A stretch of DNA of 64,000 nt from assembly GCA_964355645.1 (NCBI GenBank), contig CAYHDI010000002.1:11452-75451 (forward strand). The letters are read 5' to 3'. Of the stretch, positions 29,877 through 38,671 are shown in pieces. This DNA comes from an uncultured Candidatus Saccharibacteria bacterium. Its GTDB lineage: Bacteria; Patescibacteriota; Minisyncoccia; Phycocordibacterales; Zambryskibacteraceae. The notes below the pieces were generated by a model. It made no database searches, had not been told where the DNA came from, and saw only the letters and a list, made by a program, of their open reading frames with translations. Positions within the stretch are counted from its first letter, which is position 1. Every line of letters starts with the position of its first letter. The position numbers and the translations under genes were made by a program.

Positions 29877-30224
29877 ATGAAAAGAATTATTCCGTTTCTT
29901 GTTCTGACGCCATTCCTTGCTTCGGCTCAGACGCTTGGTACTATTCCAACTTTGCTCAAGTCTGTAGGAAGCCTTATCAACACAGCCCTACCTATCGTGG
30001 TTGGACTGGCTCTTCTTGGGTTCTTCTGGGGATTGGCCATGTTCATTTTTGGCGCAAATGATGAAGAAAAACGCAAAGAGGGTCGTTCAATTATGATTTG
30101 GGGCGTCGTCGCTCTATTCGTGATGGTGGCTGTCTGGGGATTGGTAAACTTCATTGGAAGTGCTGTGGGTGTTGTTCCAGGAGCTGCTGGTATTCCGACA
30201 ATTCCGACCGTTCCAGCTAGATAA
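29877..30224 (+). CDS. VirB2/TrbC-like pilin 5
   Basis: Signal peptide; FFWGLAMFI...GRSIMIWGVVALFVMVAVWG. Confidence 0.8.
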   Translation: MKRIIPFLVLTPFLASAQTLGTIPTLLKSVGSLINTALPIVVGLALLGFFWGLAMFIFGANDEEKRKEGRSIMIWGVVALFVMVAVWGLVNFIGSAVGVVPGAAGIPTIPTVPAR

Positions 30225-30233
30225 TATTTCTGC

Positions 30234-30509
30234 TTGATGTCGATTGCCACGTTTCTAAACAAGATTAATGCAGCGATTCTTAATCCGCTCATAGGTTTGG
30301 TTTTCGCTGTGGCCACTATTGTGTTCATCTACGGTCTTGTTGAGTTCATTCGTTCAGAAACAGCGGACAAGGCCCGCGAAGCGGGCAAGAAGAAAATTCT
30401 CTATGGTCTCCTCGGAATGTTCATCATGTTCAGCGCTTACGGATTGATTCATCTGATTCTCGGAACATTCGGCATCCCGAATCCTCCGGGTGCTTACATT
30501 AGTTTCTAA
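30234..30509 (+). CDS. VirB2/TrbC-like pilin 6
   Basis: FIYGLVEFI...GKKKILYGLLGMFIMFSAYG. Confidence 0.8.
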   Translation: MMSIATFLNKINAAILNPLIGLVFAVATIVFIYGLVEFIRSETADKAREAGKKKILYGLLGMFIMFSAYGLIHLILGTFGIPNPPGAYISF

Positions 30510-30528
30510 GAAAATACAGAAATGAATA

Positions 30529-30575
30529 AGCCCCGTCCCGCAAAGTCGCATGTGCGACCGCGGGGCGGGGCTTTG
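30529..30575. terminator. GC-rich hairpin between convergent genes
   Basis: agccccgtcccgc...gcggggcggggct. Confidence 0.7.
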
Positions 30576-30582
30576 TGTTCCC

Positions 30583-31203
30583 CTACTTGTAGAATCGTAC
30601 GCCGATTCGGAGACTCGAATCACCGAGCGATTTGAACGCGATGGTTCTCACCATTCCGAATTGCACAGTTTCCATCTCCGGACGAATGGTGAATTTTCCA
30701 GCTTGAGTTGCCACGACGTACGGGACGTCGAGCTCCTCGGCATTCACTTCCATCGTGTAGCCTTTCCGCACTTCTCGGGGAAGCGTCCATGACTTGCCGA
30801 ATGTATTCGGCTGAGCTGTGAACCAAAATGTGGTATCGCTTGGGAACTGTGGATGCGTCTTCAAGTATTCGGCCTGAGCCTGAGCTTTGGCCATTTCCGC
30901 CTTCTGGTACTTCCCGTTGACCCACGGCCACACGATGAAGATGACGACGAGAGCGAAAATGGTCCAGCCCGCGAACTTCTGGAACCACTTGTGCGTGATA
31001 ACCGTGCCAGCTTTTGTTCGGCGATTCTCGTCCCAGGCAATCCAGGAGATGAGAGCGAGTAAAGCAAGCACTACCGCGGTGATCCACGTCCAGTGCCAGA
31101 CTCTTGACCAATCCACCGAACCGATGAAAAGGCTAAGAATCATAACCGCAACGATGAGCCCGATGACTGCACCGCCGGCTTGGAGCCTCTGTTTTCTGTT
31201 CAT
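30583..31203 (-). CDS. Three-TM membrane ORFan (GC-rich cassette)
   Basis: SD GGAGG before ATG 31203; promoter TTGACA...TATAAT at 31272-31245. Confidence 0.7.
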   Translation of the reverse strand: MNRKQRLQAGGAVIGLIVAVMILSLFIGSVDWSRVWHWTWITAVVLALLALISWIAWDENRRTKAGTVITHKWFQKFAGWTIFALVVIFIVWPWVNGKYQKAEMAKAQAQAEYLKTHPQFPSDTTFWFTAQPNTFGKSWTLPREVRKGYTMEVNAEELDVPYVVATQAGKFTIRPEMETVQFGMVRTIAFKSLGDSSLRIGVRFYK

Positions 31204-31314
31204 ATCCCCTCCACGGGGAAATAGGTTCAACTTCGTCTTTGCCCATTATACGCCCAAATTATATTTTGTCAAGTATGAAAAAGACTGGGAGATTTTTTGC
31301 CCAGTCTATGCACA

Positions 31315-32367
31315 TTACTTCGACCCAACGAGTTGGGCTGTCTTGCCTCCAACCACGAGAGTAGTAAGAGTTTTGTTCTCTCCGATTGCCTCGGCGAAAC
31401 GAATCCCCGCAGCGTTCGGAATTGCTCCGAGCGGAATGAGTACTCGAGTGACGCGATCAGCATCAGCGGTGTTCACAACCTTCTGTGCCTCGGCTTTTCC
31501 CTCACCGGCGAGGATGACAAGTTTCTTATCCTTCTCGGCTCGAGCGATGGCTGCCTTGTTCTCGCGCTCCGTGGTTTCTTGGAGTTCGAGAAGCGTACGT
31601 GTCTTCTCGTCCACATCGATGCCAAGAAGATTCGTAGTTCTGACCGTGATTCCAATCTTTTCTTCTATTTCTCCCTGCTTATCCATCACAGCCTTGACGA
31701 GGTCGTGTTTGTTGGAGACATCACCTTGGATGAAGTACTCAGGTTCTTGATTTCCCGTCGTGTTGTTTACGGCTTCCATCACCATCGCTGTGAGCACGGC
31801 GTTGGGGTCGGCCATTCCCAAAACGGCATGAACCGGATATTTCATCGCGTACAACAAGTTGAATTGCAAATCGAGCTCGTATGAGCCCATGGTTTCCGCA
31901 CCACGCACATCCACAGCTTGCTCGCGCGAGTAGTAGATGAACTTGGTGGAGAAATCCTTGCCTACGATTGAGTACACGTCGCGGTCTCCATCCTTGCCCT
32001 TCTTGAATCTGATTTCATGAACCTGATTTAGACGGAGAGAACGACCCCAGCCAATCCAGTGGATGCCGAAGAGGTAGTGAAGGAGTCCATATTCCTTTTC
32101 ACCATCCTCGAAGCACCACTTGAATGGATCTGGGTCATCGTCATTCAAGCGTTGGCCTGGAACGCCGTGGATAACTTTGTCGAGCTCACCATCAATGAGA
32201 TTGGATGCATCGGTTGAATCACTTGACGACCCCCAAGTGACAAGTGCGAAAGTATTCGCCGGAATGAAGCACCACCAGATCTCGTTGTAAGCGAGAATCC
32301 AGATGGTTCCAAGCACTAGTGTTACTAGTGCAAGGACGATGAGAAGGGAAATGAAAAGCGCTATCAT
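31315..32367 (-). CDS. SPFH/band-7-like membrane protein (GC-rich cassette)
   Basis: N-terminal TM; IGITVRTTNLLGID; AE-rich coiled coil (AEKDKK..AGEGKAEA); SD GGGAG; own promoter and terminator. Confidence 0.7.
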   Translation of the reverse strand: MIALFISLLIVLALVTLVLGTIWILAYNEIWWCFIPANTFALVTWGSSSDSTDASNLIDGELDKVIHGVPGQRLNDDDPDPFKWCFEDGEKEYGLLHYLFGIHWIGWGRSLRLNQVHEIRFKKGKDGDRDVYSIVGKDFSTKFIYYSREQAVDVRGAETMGSYELDLQFNLLYAMKYPVHAVLGMADPNAVLTAMVMEAVNNTTGNQEPEYFIQGDVSNKHDLVKAVMDKQGEIEEKIGITVRTTNLLGIDVDEKTRTLLELQETTERENKAAIARAEKDKKLVILAGEGKAEAQKVVNTADADRVTRVLIPLGAIPNAAGIRFAEAIGENKTLTTLVVGGKTAQLVGSK

Positions 32368-32500
32368 TCTGTGCTCCCTGTGGCCATAGCCACGGAGTAA
32401 TGTGAAATGTGCATGAATCTTGCCTGTCGCGATTTTATCATACAAAATCTACGAAGTCAAATAAAAAATACCAAACAAAAGTCTGGAATTTTTTGCATTG

Positions 32501-32581
32501 TGCCGAGGAGAGGACTTGAACCCCCACCCCTTGCGGGACCAGTTCCTAAAACTGGCGTGTCTACCATTTCACCACCTCGGC
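32501..32581 (-). tRNA. tRNA-Leu(TAG)
   Basis: ccagt-TTTAGGA-actgg, variable arm. Confidence 0.93.
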
Positions 32582-32585
32582 AGGG

Positions 32586-32658
32586 TGCGCCCAGTAGGAG
32601 TCGAACCTACGACCATCTCCTTAAGAGGGAGCTGCTCTACCAACTGAGCTATGGGCGC
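32586..32658 (-). tRNA. tRNA-Lys(CTT)
   Basis: ctcc-CTCTTAA-ggag. Confidence 0.92.
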
Positions 32659-32729
32659 AAAACTTTTGTAACTTACAAACAATACCTAAAAAACAATTCT
32701 TTTTCAATTATGATAATGTATTAAAGAGT

Positions 32730-32801
32730 GGCCTAGTCGCCAAGTGGTAAGGCAAAGCTCTGCAAAAGCTTTATACGGCGGTTCGATTCCGCCCTAGGCC
32801 T
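32730..32801 (+). tRNA. tRNA-Cys(GCA)
   Basis: aagct-CTGCAAA-agctt. Confidence 0.93.
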
Positions 32802-32837
32802 CCTGTTCAAGAAAGTTTTGTTGTGTAGAATTAGATA

Positions 32838-33551
32838 ATGATTGATCGTGAAAAAATTAAACCTCAACATCTCTGGTATTTTATAGGATTGATTGTAACC
32901 GATGGAAATCTAAGTAAAAGTGGACGACATATTATTCTGACTTCTAAAGATAGAGAGCATCTATATTTAATTAAGAAGATTCTAGGGCTTACAAATGTTA
33001 TTGGCAGAAAGACTAGGGCTAGTTCAGAAGATAGATTATATTCTACCCTTCAGTTTGGAGATATTCGTTTTTATAAATACTTACAGAGCATAGGCATAAC
33101 CCAGAAAAAATCTCTTACTCTTGGAAAGATTGCAATAGACAAAAAATATTTCTGCGATTTTTTGAGAGGGGTAATTGATGGTGATGGCTATATTACTAGA
33201 TGGAAACATAAAAATAATGGGTTAAATCAGTGGGCTTTGGGCATTGTCTCTGCGGCTCCCGTATTTATTTGTTGGTTAAAAAATGAAATAGAGATACAGT
33301 TTAAAGTAAGGGGAAGGTTACACATTTATCTACCAAAAGGAAAGAAAAACCCTATAAACACATTAAAATTTGGGAAACTTGCTGGTAAGGTGATTATAAA
33401 AAATGTTTATTATAAGAATTCTTTTTGTCTGGAAAGAAAAAGACTCAAATGTGAAGAGTGTTTACTAGATAGGAATCGAATGGTAAATTATGGGGGTGTC
33501 ATTCGCCCGGGTGCTGAAATCGGTAGACAGCCTCGACTTAAAATCGAGTGA
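32838..33551 (+). CDS. Free-standing double-motif LAGLIDADG homing endonuclease
   Basis: YFIGLIVTDG and DFLRGVIDGDG; reads into tRNA-Leu. Confidence 0.88.
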   Translation: MIDREKIKPQHLWYFIGLIVTDGNLSKSGRHIILTSKDREHLYLIKKILGLTNVIGRKTRASSEDRLYSTLQFGDIRFYKYLQSIGITQKKSLTLGKIAIDKKYFCDFLRGVIDGDGYITRWKHKNNGLNQWALGIVSAAPVFICWLKNEIEIQFKVRGRLHIYLPKGKKNPINTLKFGKLAGKVIIKNVYYKNSFCLERKRLKCEECLLDRNRMVNYGGVIRPGAEIGRQPRLKIE

Positions 33552-33588
33552 GGGAAACCTTGTGTGGGTTCGAGTCCCACCCCGGGCA
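33505..33588 (+). tRNA. tRNA-Leu(TAA)
   Basis: ctcga-CTTAAAA-tcgag. Confidence 0.93.
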
Positions 33589-33592
33589 CATT

Positions 33593-33663
33593 GCGGGTAT
33601 GGTTTAGTGGTAGAATGCGACCTTCCCAAGGTTGAGACCCGAGTTCGATTCTCGGTACCCGCA
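33593..33663 (+). tRNA. tRNA-Gly(CCC)
   Basis: cgacc-TTCCCAA-ggttg. Confidence 0.93.
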
Positions 33664-33717
33664 CACTTCTGCAAGCTCAGTGTAAACTATTATTTTATTT
33701 CATTCGTAATCTCGTCC

Positions 33718-34842
33718 AATCTCTGACGGTTGCGTTCACCATAATCAATTTTCCAAGCCCTATGGAACTCTCTTGCATTAACAGGAACACAAGGAAGGAG
33801 ATTATTCAGTTTTTAGATTTTCTGTAAGACCAGAATTTGCAATAATTATTTGAATAATCTTAAGTAAATTCTCAAGTATAGGTACAATTCTTCTGTTTTC
33901 TTCCGCGATATCTTCCTCAGAAGGCAGTTTTCTAGTTCTCAAATATTTGTCACGGTTAGTGGAAAGATACTCAAAACAATAATTAGCTTCGTCAATTATT
34001 TTATTAAATTCCTTTTGTTGTTGTGGGGTTAAAGATGACTCATCTCGTATGTCGAACGAAGGGTCACGCACCATTCGTTCCAAAAGATTTAGGCTAAGAC
34101 TTTTGATATATTGAGCATATTCGATTGCTTTTGTGAGAGTTTGTTGAGAGACAGCAATTCTTTTTGCAAGGATTGTTATCCTATCTTCCTCACTTGCTTT
34201 AGGAAGTTCACTTCCAAGAAATTGTCCGGTGTAGCACCCGTATGAGAGCTTGTTTGTTATATCTCCCCCTATCTCGATTATTTGCTCCAAGAACGTCATA
34301 GGGTTTTGCTCTTTTGTGGTTTCATCTTTGATACGACTCATCTGATACGAACGGAGAATTTTAATATCTGTTCCCACTATCATCTTAAGTGTTACGTCTA
34401 CGTTAGCTCCATGCCCAAGGCGATCTGTAATAGTTCGGACCAAACCTTCAGTATCTATAGGATTGGTTACGACAGGATGTTTATCAGCGCCCTTTATCTG
34501 ATCTAATAATCTATCAACATACCCCTCTTGGATGGCCTTAAGCAACATTGGATTAATTGTTGCCTGTTCCATCTGTTCATGACGATGAGCAGCAGTTTCC
34601 AGAGTAAATTTGGGATCACGAAAATCTTCTTCTCTTAATGCCAGATACCGTGCTAATATCCTTGGCTCAATTTCAGGTACGGGTTCTTCAAGTTTTTCTT
34701 CATTCATATAACGCATTATAACATTATGATAAATAGTACACTACACGTAGAAATTTCTAGCAAGAAATTATCTGTGACCACAAATCAAACCGAAAGTTTA
34801 TCTAATCTCTGACGGTTGCGTTCACCATAATCAATTTTCCAA
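33718..34842. mobile_element. ~1.1 kb insertion in the rbfA 3' end bounded by 39-bp identical direct repeats
   Basis: aatctctgacggttgcgttcaccataatcaattttccaa at 33718-33756 and 34804-34842. Confidence 0.75.
33802..34716 (-). CDS. Hypothetical helical protein (cargo of the rbfA insertion)
   Basis: 304-aa ORF, no recognisable motif. Confidence 0.65.
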   Translation of the reverse strand: MRYMNEEKLEEPVPEIEPRILARYLALREEDFRDPKFTLETAAHRHEQMEQATINPMLLKAIQEGYVDRLLDQIKGADKHPVVTNPIDTEGLVRTITDRLGHGANVDVTLKMIVGTDIKILRSYQMSRIKDETTKEQNPMTFLEQIIEIGGDITNKLSYGCYTGQFLGSELPKASEEDRITILAKRIAVSQQTLTKAIEYAQYIKSLSLNLLERMVRDPSFDIRDESSLTPQQQKEFNKIIDEANYCFEYLSTNRDKYLRTRKLPSEEDIAEENRRIVPILENLLKIIQIIIANSGLTENLKTE

Positions 34843-35105
34843 CGGAGATGGGGGATAATACCGATTTTGGATTTGTCGCGGACGAAATGCATAAACTCGC
34901 TTCCTTTTCTTTCTAAAAATTTCAACGCGGTGTCTTCCTGACTGTCGGGTAGGGTAGTGAAGTATAGGTCGGCCACTTTCCCAGAAGGATTAAGTTCTAC
35001 TCGAGTGATGGTGATGAGGGATGCGGGAGTAGATTCTCGGAGGACGAAGTCTGCAGCGAGTTGACGAATGATTTCAGCTGTTTTGTCTTTCTTGATTTGT
35101 TTCAT
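34785..35105 (-). CDS. rbfA: Ribosome-binding factor A
   Basis: LITITRVEL...IPHLRWKID; follows infB. Confidence 0.9.
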   Translation of the reverse strand: MKQIKKDKTAEIIRQLAADFVLRESTPASLITITRVELNPSGKVADLYFTTLPDSQEDTALKFLERKGSEFMHFVRDKSKIGIIPHLRWKIDYGERNRQRLDKLSV

Positions 35106-35124
35106 TTATAGTGAGTTTACCGAA

Positions 35125-36633
35125 CTATTTGGTCACCTTGATTATCTCTTCAAACATATCGCCTGGAGCAATTTCAATTTTCGATTCAATCATCGCGCCG
35201 AATTCACTACCTTCGGATACTTTGTCTACATCAACTTTATTTATCTGAAGCTCCTTCACTACTCCCTTACTTATTTCTTCTTCTCGTCTAGAAATTCTCA
35301 CTTGACCTCCAACCTTGATTGTCCCCGAGAGGACTCGGGCTCCCAACACTTGCTTGTCTTTGGTGGCACTAAAAATTTTTAAAACTTTCGCACTTCCACT
35401 AACTTCTTCGACCTCGATTCGAGGTTCGTGTTCGTTCAAAAGTTCTGTGATTCGCTCGGTCAATTTATAAATCACGTCGAATGATTCGATGTTTACACCC
35501 GAGCGTTCGGCGAGCGCGCGAGCCTGCGCATCAATTTTTGTGTGGAAAGCGAAGATGATGGTGCCGGGCATAGTCATAGCTGAATGGATATCATTTTCTC
35601 CGACAGTTCCTACCGCTTCGAGGATGATTTGAGGCACGATGCGCTCCTTCGAAAGTTTTTTAATCTCATAAACAATTGCTTCTAGACTTCCGGACACATC
35701 GGCTTTTATAATGATTGGTAGGGTAGACATATCTTCATCAATCTTCTGATTCTTTTTGCACTTGGCATTCTTGTTCGCTTCGCTTAGGGCATAAAATTCA
35801 GCTGCTTTTTTGTTTTCGAAAGTCTCGAAGACTGCTCCGACTGGGGGCATGAAATTCCAGCCAACAATTTGTACTGGGCTTGAGAACGAAAGTGATTCTT
35901 GTTCATTTCCATTTGAATCCAAAATAAATCGAATAGGAGCGATGGCTCCCACTGAAGCAGCGACCATGCCTTTCTTCACTGTTCCATCCTTAATTATTCC
36001 GACCGTAGTGATGCCTCTTTTTGAATCGAGGTGACTTTCGACGATAATGCCCATACCCCATCTTTCGCTGTGGCCCACGAATCGCTCAATGTCTGCGACG
36101 AGAAGTATCATGTCTAGAAGTTCTCTAATCCCTTCACCGGTTTTGGCCGAAGTTAGGACAATAGGAACATCACCGCCGTAGCCTTCCACATAAATTCCGT
36201 TCTCAGCGAGAGACTGCTTGACCATTTCAACATTCGCGCTCGGCTTATCAATCTTGGTAACCGCAATAATGAAAGGGAGTTCGGCTTCTTTGATTTTTGA
36301 ATAAGCCTCGAGAGTTTGATGTTTGACTGCGTCTTCGGCCGAGACCACGAGCACCGCAATATCTGCCACGTTCGCTCCGCGTGCCCGAATTCCTTTGAAA
36401 GCTTCGTGTCCGGGAGTATCGAGGAAAGTAATCTTCGCTTTCACACCATTTTCTCTTGAATGTTCTACTTCATATACACTGACGTGTTGGGTAATCCCGC
36501 CGGCTTCGCCTTCGACCACCTTTGTCTTTCGAATAAAGTCTAGGAGAGTCGACTTTCCATGATCAATATGACCCATGACGGCGACCACAGGGGCTCGTGT
36601 TTCATCATCGTTTGTATGAATAGAATCAATCAT
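35125..36633 (-). CDS. infB: Translation initiation factor IF-2 (short form)
   Basis: [39 protein letters not shown]. Confidence 0.96.
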   Translation of the reverse strand: MIDSIHTNDDETRAPVVAVMGHIDHGKSTLLDFIRKTKVVEGEAGGITQHVSVYEVEHSRENGVKAKITFLDTPGHEAFKGIRARGANVADIAVLVVSAEDAVKHQTLEAYSKIKEAELPFIIAVTKIDKPSANVEMVKQSLAENGIYVEGYGGDVPIVLTSAKTGEGIRELLDMILLVADIERFVGHSERWGMGIIVESHLDSKRGITTVGIIKDGTVKKGMVAASVGAIAPIRFILDSNGNEQESLSFSSPVQIVGWNFMPPVGAVFETFENKKAAEFYALSEANKNAKCKKNQKIDEDMSTLPIIIKADVSGSLEAIVYEIKKLSKERIVPQIILEAVGTVGENDIHSAMTMPGTIIFAFHTKIDAQARALAERSGVNIESFDVIYKLTERITELLNEHEPRIEVEEVSGSAKVLKIFSATKDKQVLGARVLSGTIKVGGQVRISRREEEISKGVVKELQINKVDVDKVSEGSEFGAMIESKIEIAPGDMFEEIIKVTK

Positions 36634-36688
36634 AGGTGGCCATACCTTATCATATTTTAGTTGCAAAAACACGGCTTAACACTAGAAT

Positions 36689-37831
36689 GTGGTGATGAAT
36701 CTTTTTTCTAAAAAACGAATCAATCTTGACTATGCGTCAGGGGGAGAGAATCCTTCGGCGATTTATAAGGAAGGGGTTGAGGTGAAGAGAAAATTAGAAA
36801 CCGCGCGAACAAAAATCGCTCGAGTCTTGGGCGTGCAATCAAGAGACATCATTTTCACTTCGGGCGGGACAGAATCAAACAACCTTGCTCTGCTTGGAGT
36901 TTTCAATGCGGTTAAAACACCGAGTGTTTGGAATCCCTTAACACTCGGTGTTGAAAGACCACATTTTATTATTTCTTCTCTTGAACATTCAGCCATTACA
37001 GAATGTGCTGAAGAGATTGTCCGTCGAGGTGGTGATGTGACCATTGTTTCCGCAGATGAAACAGGTCGAGTGAATCCTCAAGAAGTTTTAAAAAATATCA
37101 AACCGAATACCGTTCTCGTTTCTATTGTTTATGCGAGCAATGAAATAGGCACTATTCAACCAATTCACAAAATCTCACGTTTAATAAACGAATACAAAAA
37201 AGAACACGAAACGAACTTTCCTTATTTTCATACGGATGCCAGTCAAGCAGGGAAATATCTATCACTTCAAATTTCTTCACTCGGTGTAGACCTTATGACT
37301 CTCGATGCTTCGAAAGTTGAGGGGCCAAAAGGTTCCGGGCTTCTCGTTGTTCGCCCGAATGTAAATGTGGCACCAATAATTTTTGGTGGGGGACAAGAAA
37401 GAGGTTTGAGATCCGGAACTGAAAATGTCGAAGCCATTGTTCAATTCGCCGAAGCTCTCGAATCAGCTCAAAACAATCGAACGAAAGAATCCGAACGACT
37501 TTTTAAACTTCGAGATTATTTTATTGAGGAAATTTCAAAAAACTTTCCGAGAGCAACAATAAATGGAGGGGCAGCCACCGCCTCTCGCGGGGTCCCGCCT
37601 TCGGCGGTGAAAGAAACCTTGCCGAATATTGTGAGTATCACTTTTCCTAAACAACTGGCTGAATTTATGGCTATAAAGCTCGATCAAAACGGAATAATGG
37701 TTTCAGTTGGAAGTTCTTGCGATTCGAACAAAAGAGAATTAGAGAAGGAAGCCATTCGGTTTTCGTTCGGAGAGAAAACCACTCCCAAGGATCTTGAAAA
37801 AACAATTTATATTTTGAAGAAAATGTGCTAG
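36689..37831 (+). CDS. iscS: Cysteine desulfurase (IscS/NifS family)
   Basis: IIFTSGGTESNN, HTDASQ, SKVEGPKG, RSGTEN, GSSC. Confidence 0.88.
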   Translation: MVMNLFSKKRINLDYASGGENPSAIYKEGVEVKRKLETARTKIARVLGVQSRDIIFTSGGTESNNLALLGVFNAVKTPSVWNPLTLGVERPHFIISSLEHSAITECAEEIVRRGGDVTIVSADETGRVNPQEVLKNIKPNTVLVSIVYASNEIGTIQPIHKISRLINEYKKEHETNFPYFHTDASQAGKYLSLQISSLGVDLMTLDASKVEGPKGSGLLVVRPNVNVAPIIFGGGQERGLRSGTENVEAIVQFAEALESAQNNRTKESERLFKLRDYFIEEISKNFPRATINGGAATASRGVPPSAVKETLPNIVSITFPKQLAEFMAIKLDQNGIMVSVGSSCDSNKRELEKEAIRFSFGEKTTPKDLEKTIYILKKMC

Positions 37832-37840
37832 GATAGCGCC

Positions 37841-38668
37841 ATGACAACCATGGAAGACCTAACGAAGACACAGATTATTCTCCTCACGCTTCTTATAAGC
37901 TTTGTGACTTCAATTGCCACAGGGATTATCACCACCTCACTTCTCGCAGAAGCTCCGGCCGGCGTGACTCAAACTATCAACCGCGTAGTTGAACGCACTA
38001 TAGAGAAAGTGAGTCCTTCTGCAAACGGGGGCTCTTCGACCAAGGAAGTCACTATCATAAACGAAGATGATGCTATCACCTCGGCTATAACCAAAGCCTT
38101 GCCCGCAGTGGTTCGTATTTCTGCACCGGTAGTCGCAGACGGTTCAAGAGAATTTTATGGATTGGGAATTGTAGTTTCTAAATCAGGTCTTGTTTTGAGT
38201 GATAAACATTCTCTAGTCTTAAATACGATTTATAGTATTACTCTTCCTGATGGGACTACCTTGCCTGCCACCATTGTTCATATCAATGATGTGGATAATA
38301 TCGTCACTTTCCAAATTCAGCCGGACTCTACGCACAACAATAATTTTTCTTCTATAACCATTGCCCAAAACAACCTTAAACTCGGCCAAACAGTCATCGG
38401 CATAGAAGGTAGAAACAAAAATTCAGTTCAAGTCGGCAGAGCTACCAGTCTCAATACTCGTTCCGCTCAAGATTCTAAGGGCAAAGATATTACCACGATT
38501 TATTCTGTAGAAACCGACATCCGAGGTTCGACCGAAGTTTCCGGGGCACCACTTCTCAATCTTTCTGGGGAATTGGTCGGTATCAAAGGTTCTCAAGTTG
38601 ACGCGACCCTTCTTTCTGGTGTATATATAACCCTTTCGCCGATTATTGATCTAATAAATTCGAAGTAG
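37841..38668 (+). CDS. Trypsin-like (S1C) protease-domain protein with N-terminal TM
   Basis: PAVVRI, GIVVSKSGLVL, LKLGQTVIGI, SGAPLLNLSGELVGI. Confidence 0.75.
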   Translation: MTTMEDLTKTQIILLTLLISFVTSIATGIITTSLLAEAPAGVTQTINRVVERTIEKVSPSANGGSSTKEVTIINEDDAITSAITKALPAVVRISAPVVADGSREFYGLGIVVSKSGLVLSDKHSLVLNTIYSITLPDGTTLPATIVHINDVDNIVTFQIQPDSTHNNNFSSITIAQNNLKLGQTVIGIEGRNKNSVQVGRATSLNTRSAQDSKGKDITTIYSVETDIRGSTEVSGAPLLNLSGELVGIKGSQVDATLLSGVYITLSPIIDLINSK

Positions 38669-38671
38669 TCT

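Noticed and set aside
29670-30139. DGR template/variable repeat pair
   Set aside because: Single T/G mismatch rather than adenine-specific variation, and no reverse transcriptase in the window.
32501-33663. Group I intron or split tRNA around the LAGLIDADG gene
   Set aside because: All five tRNAs fold as complete cloverleafs and no intron core is visible.
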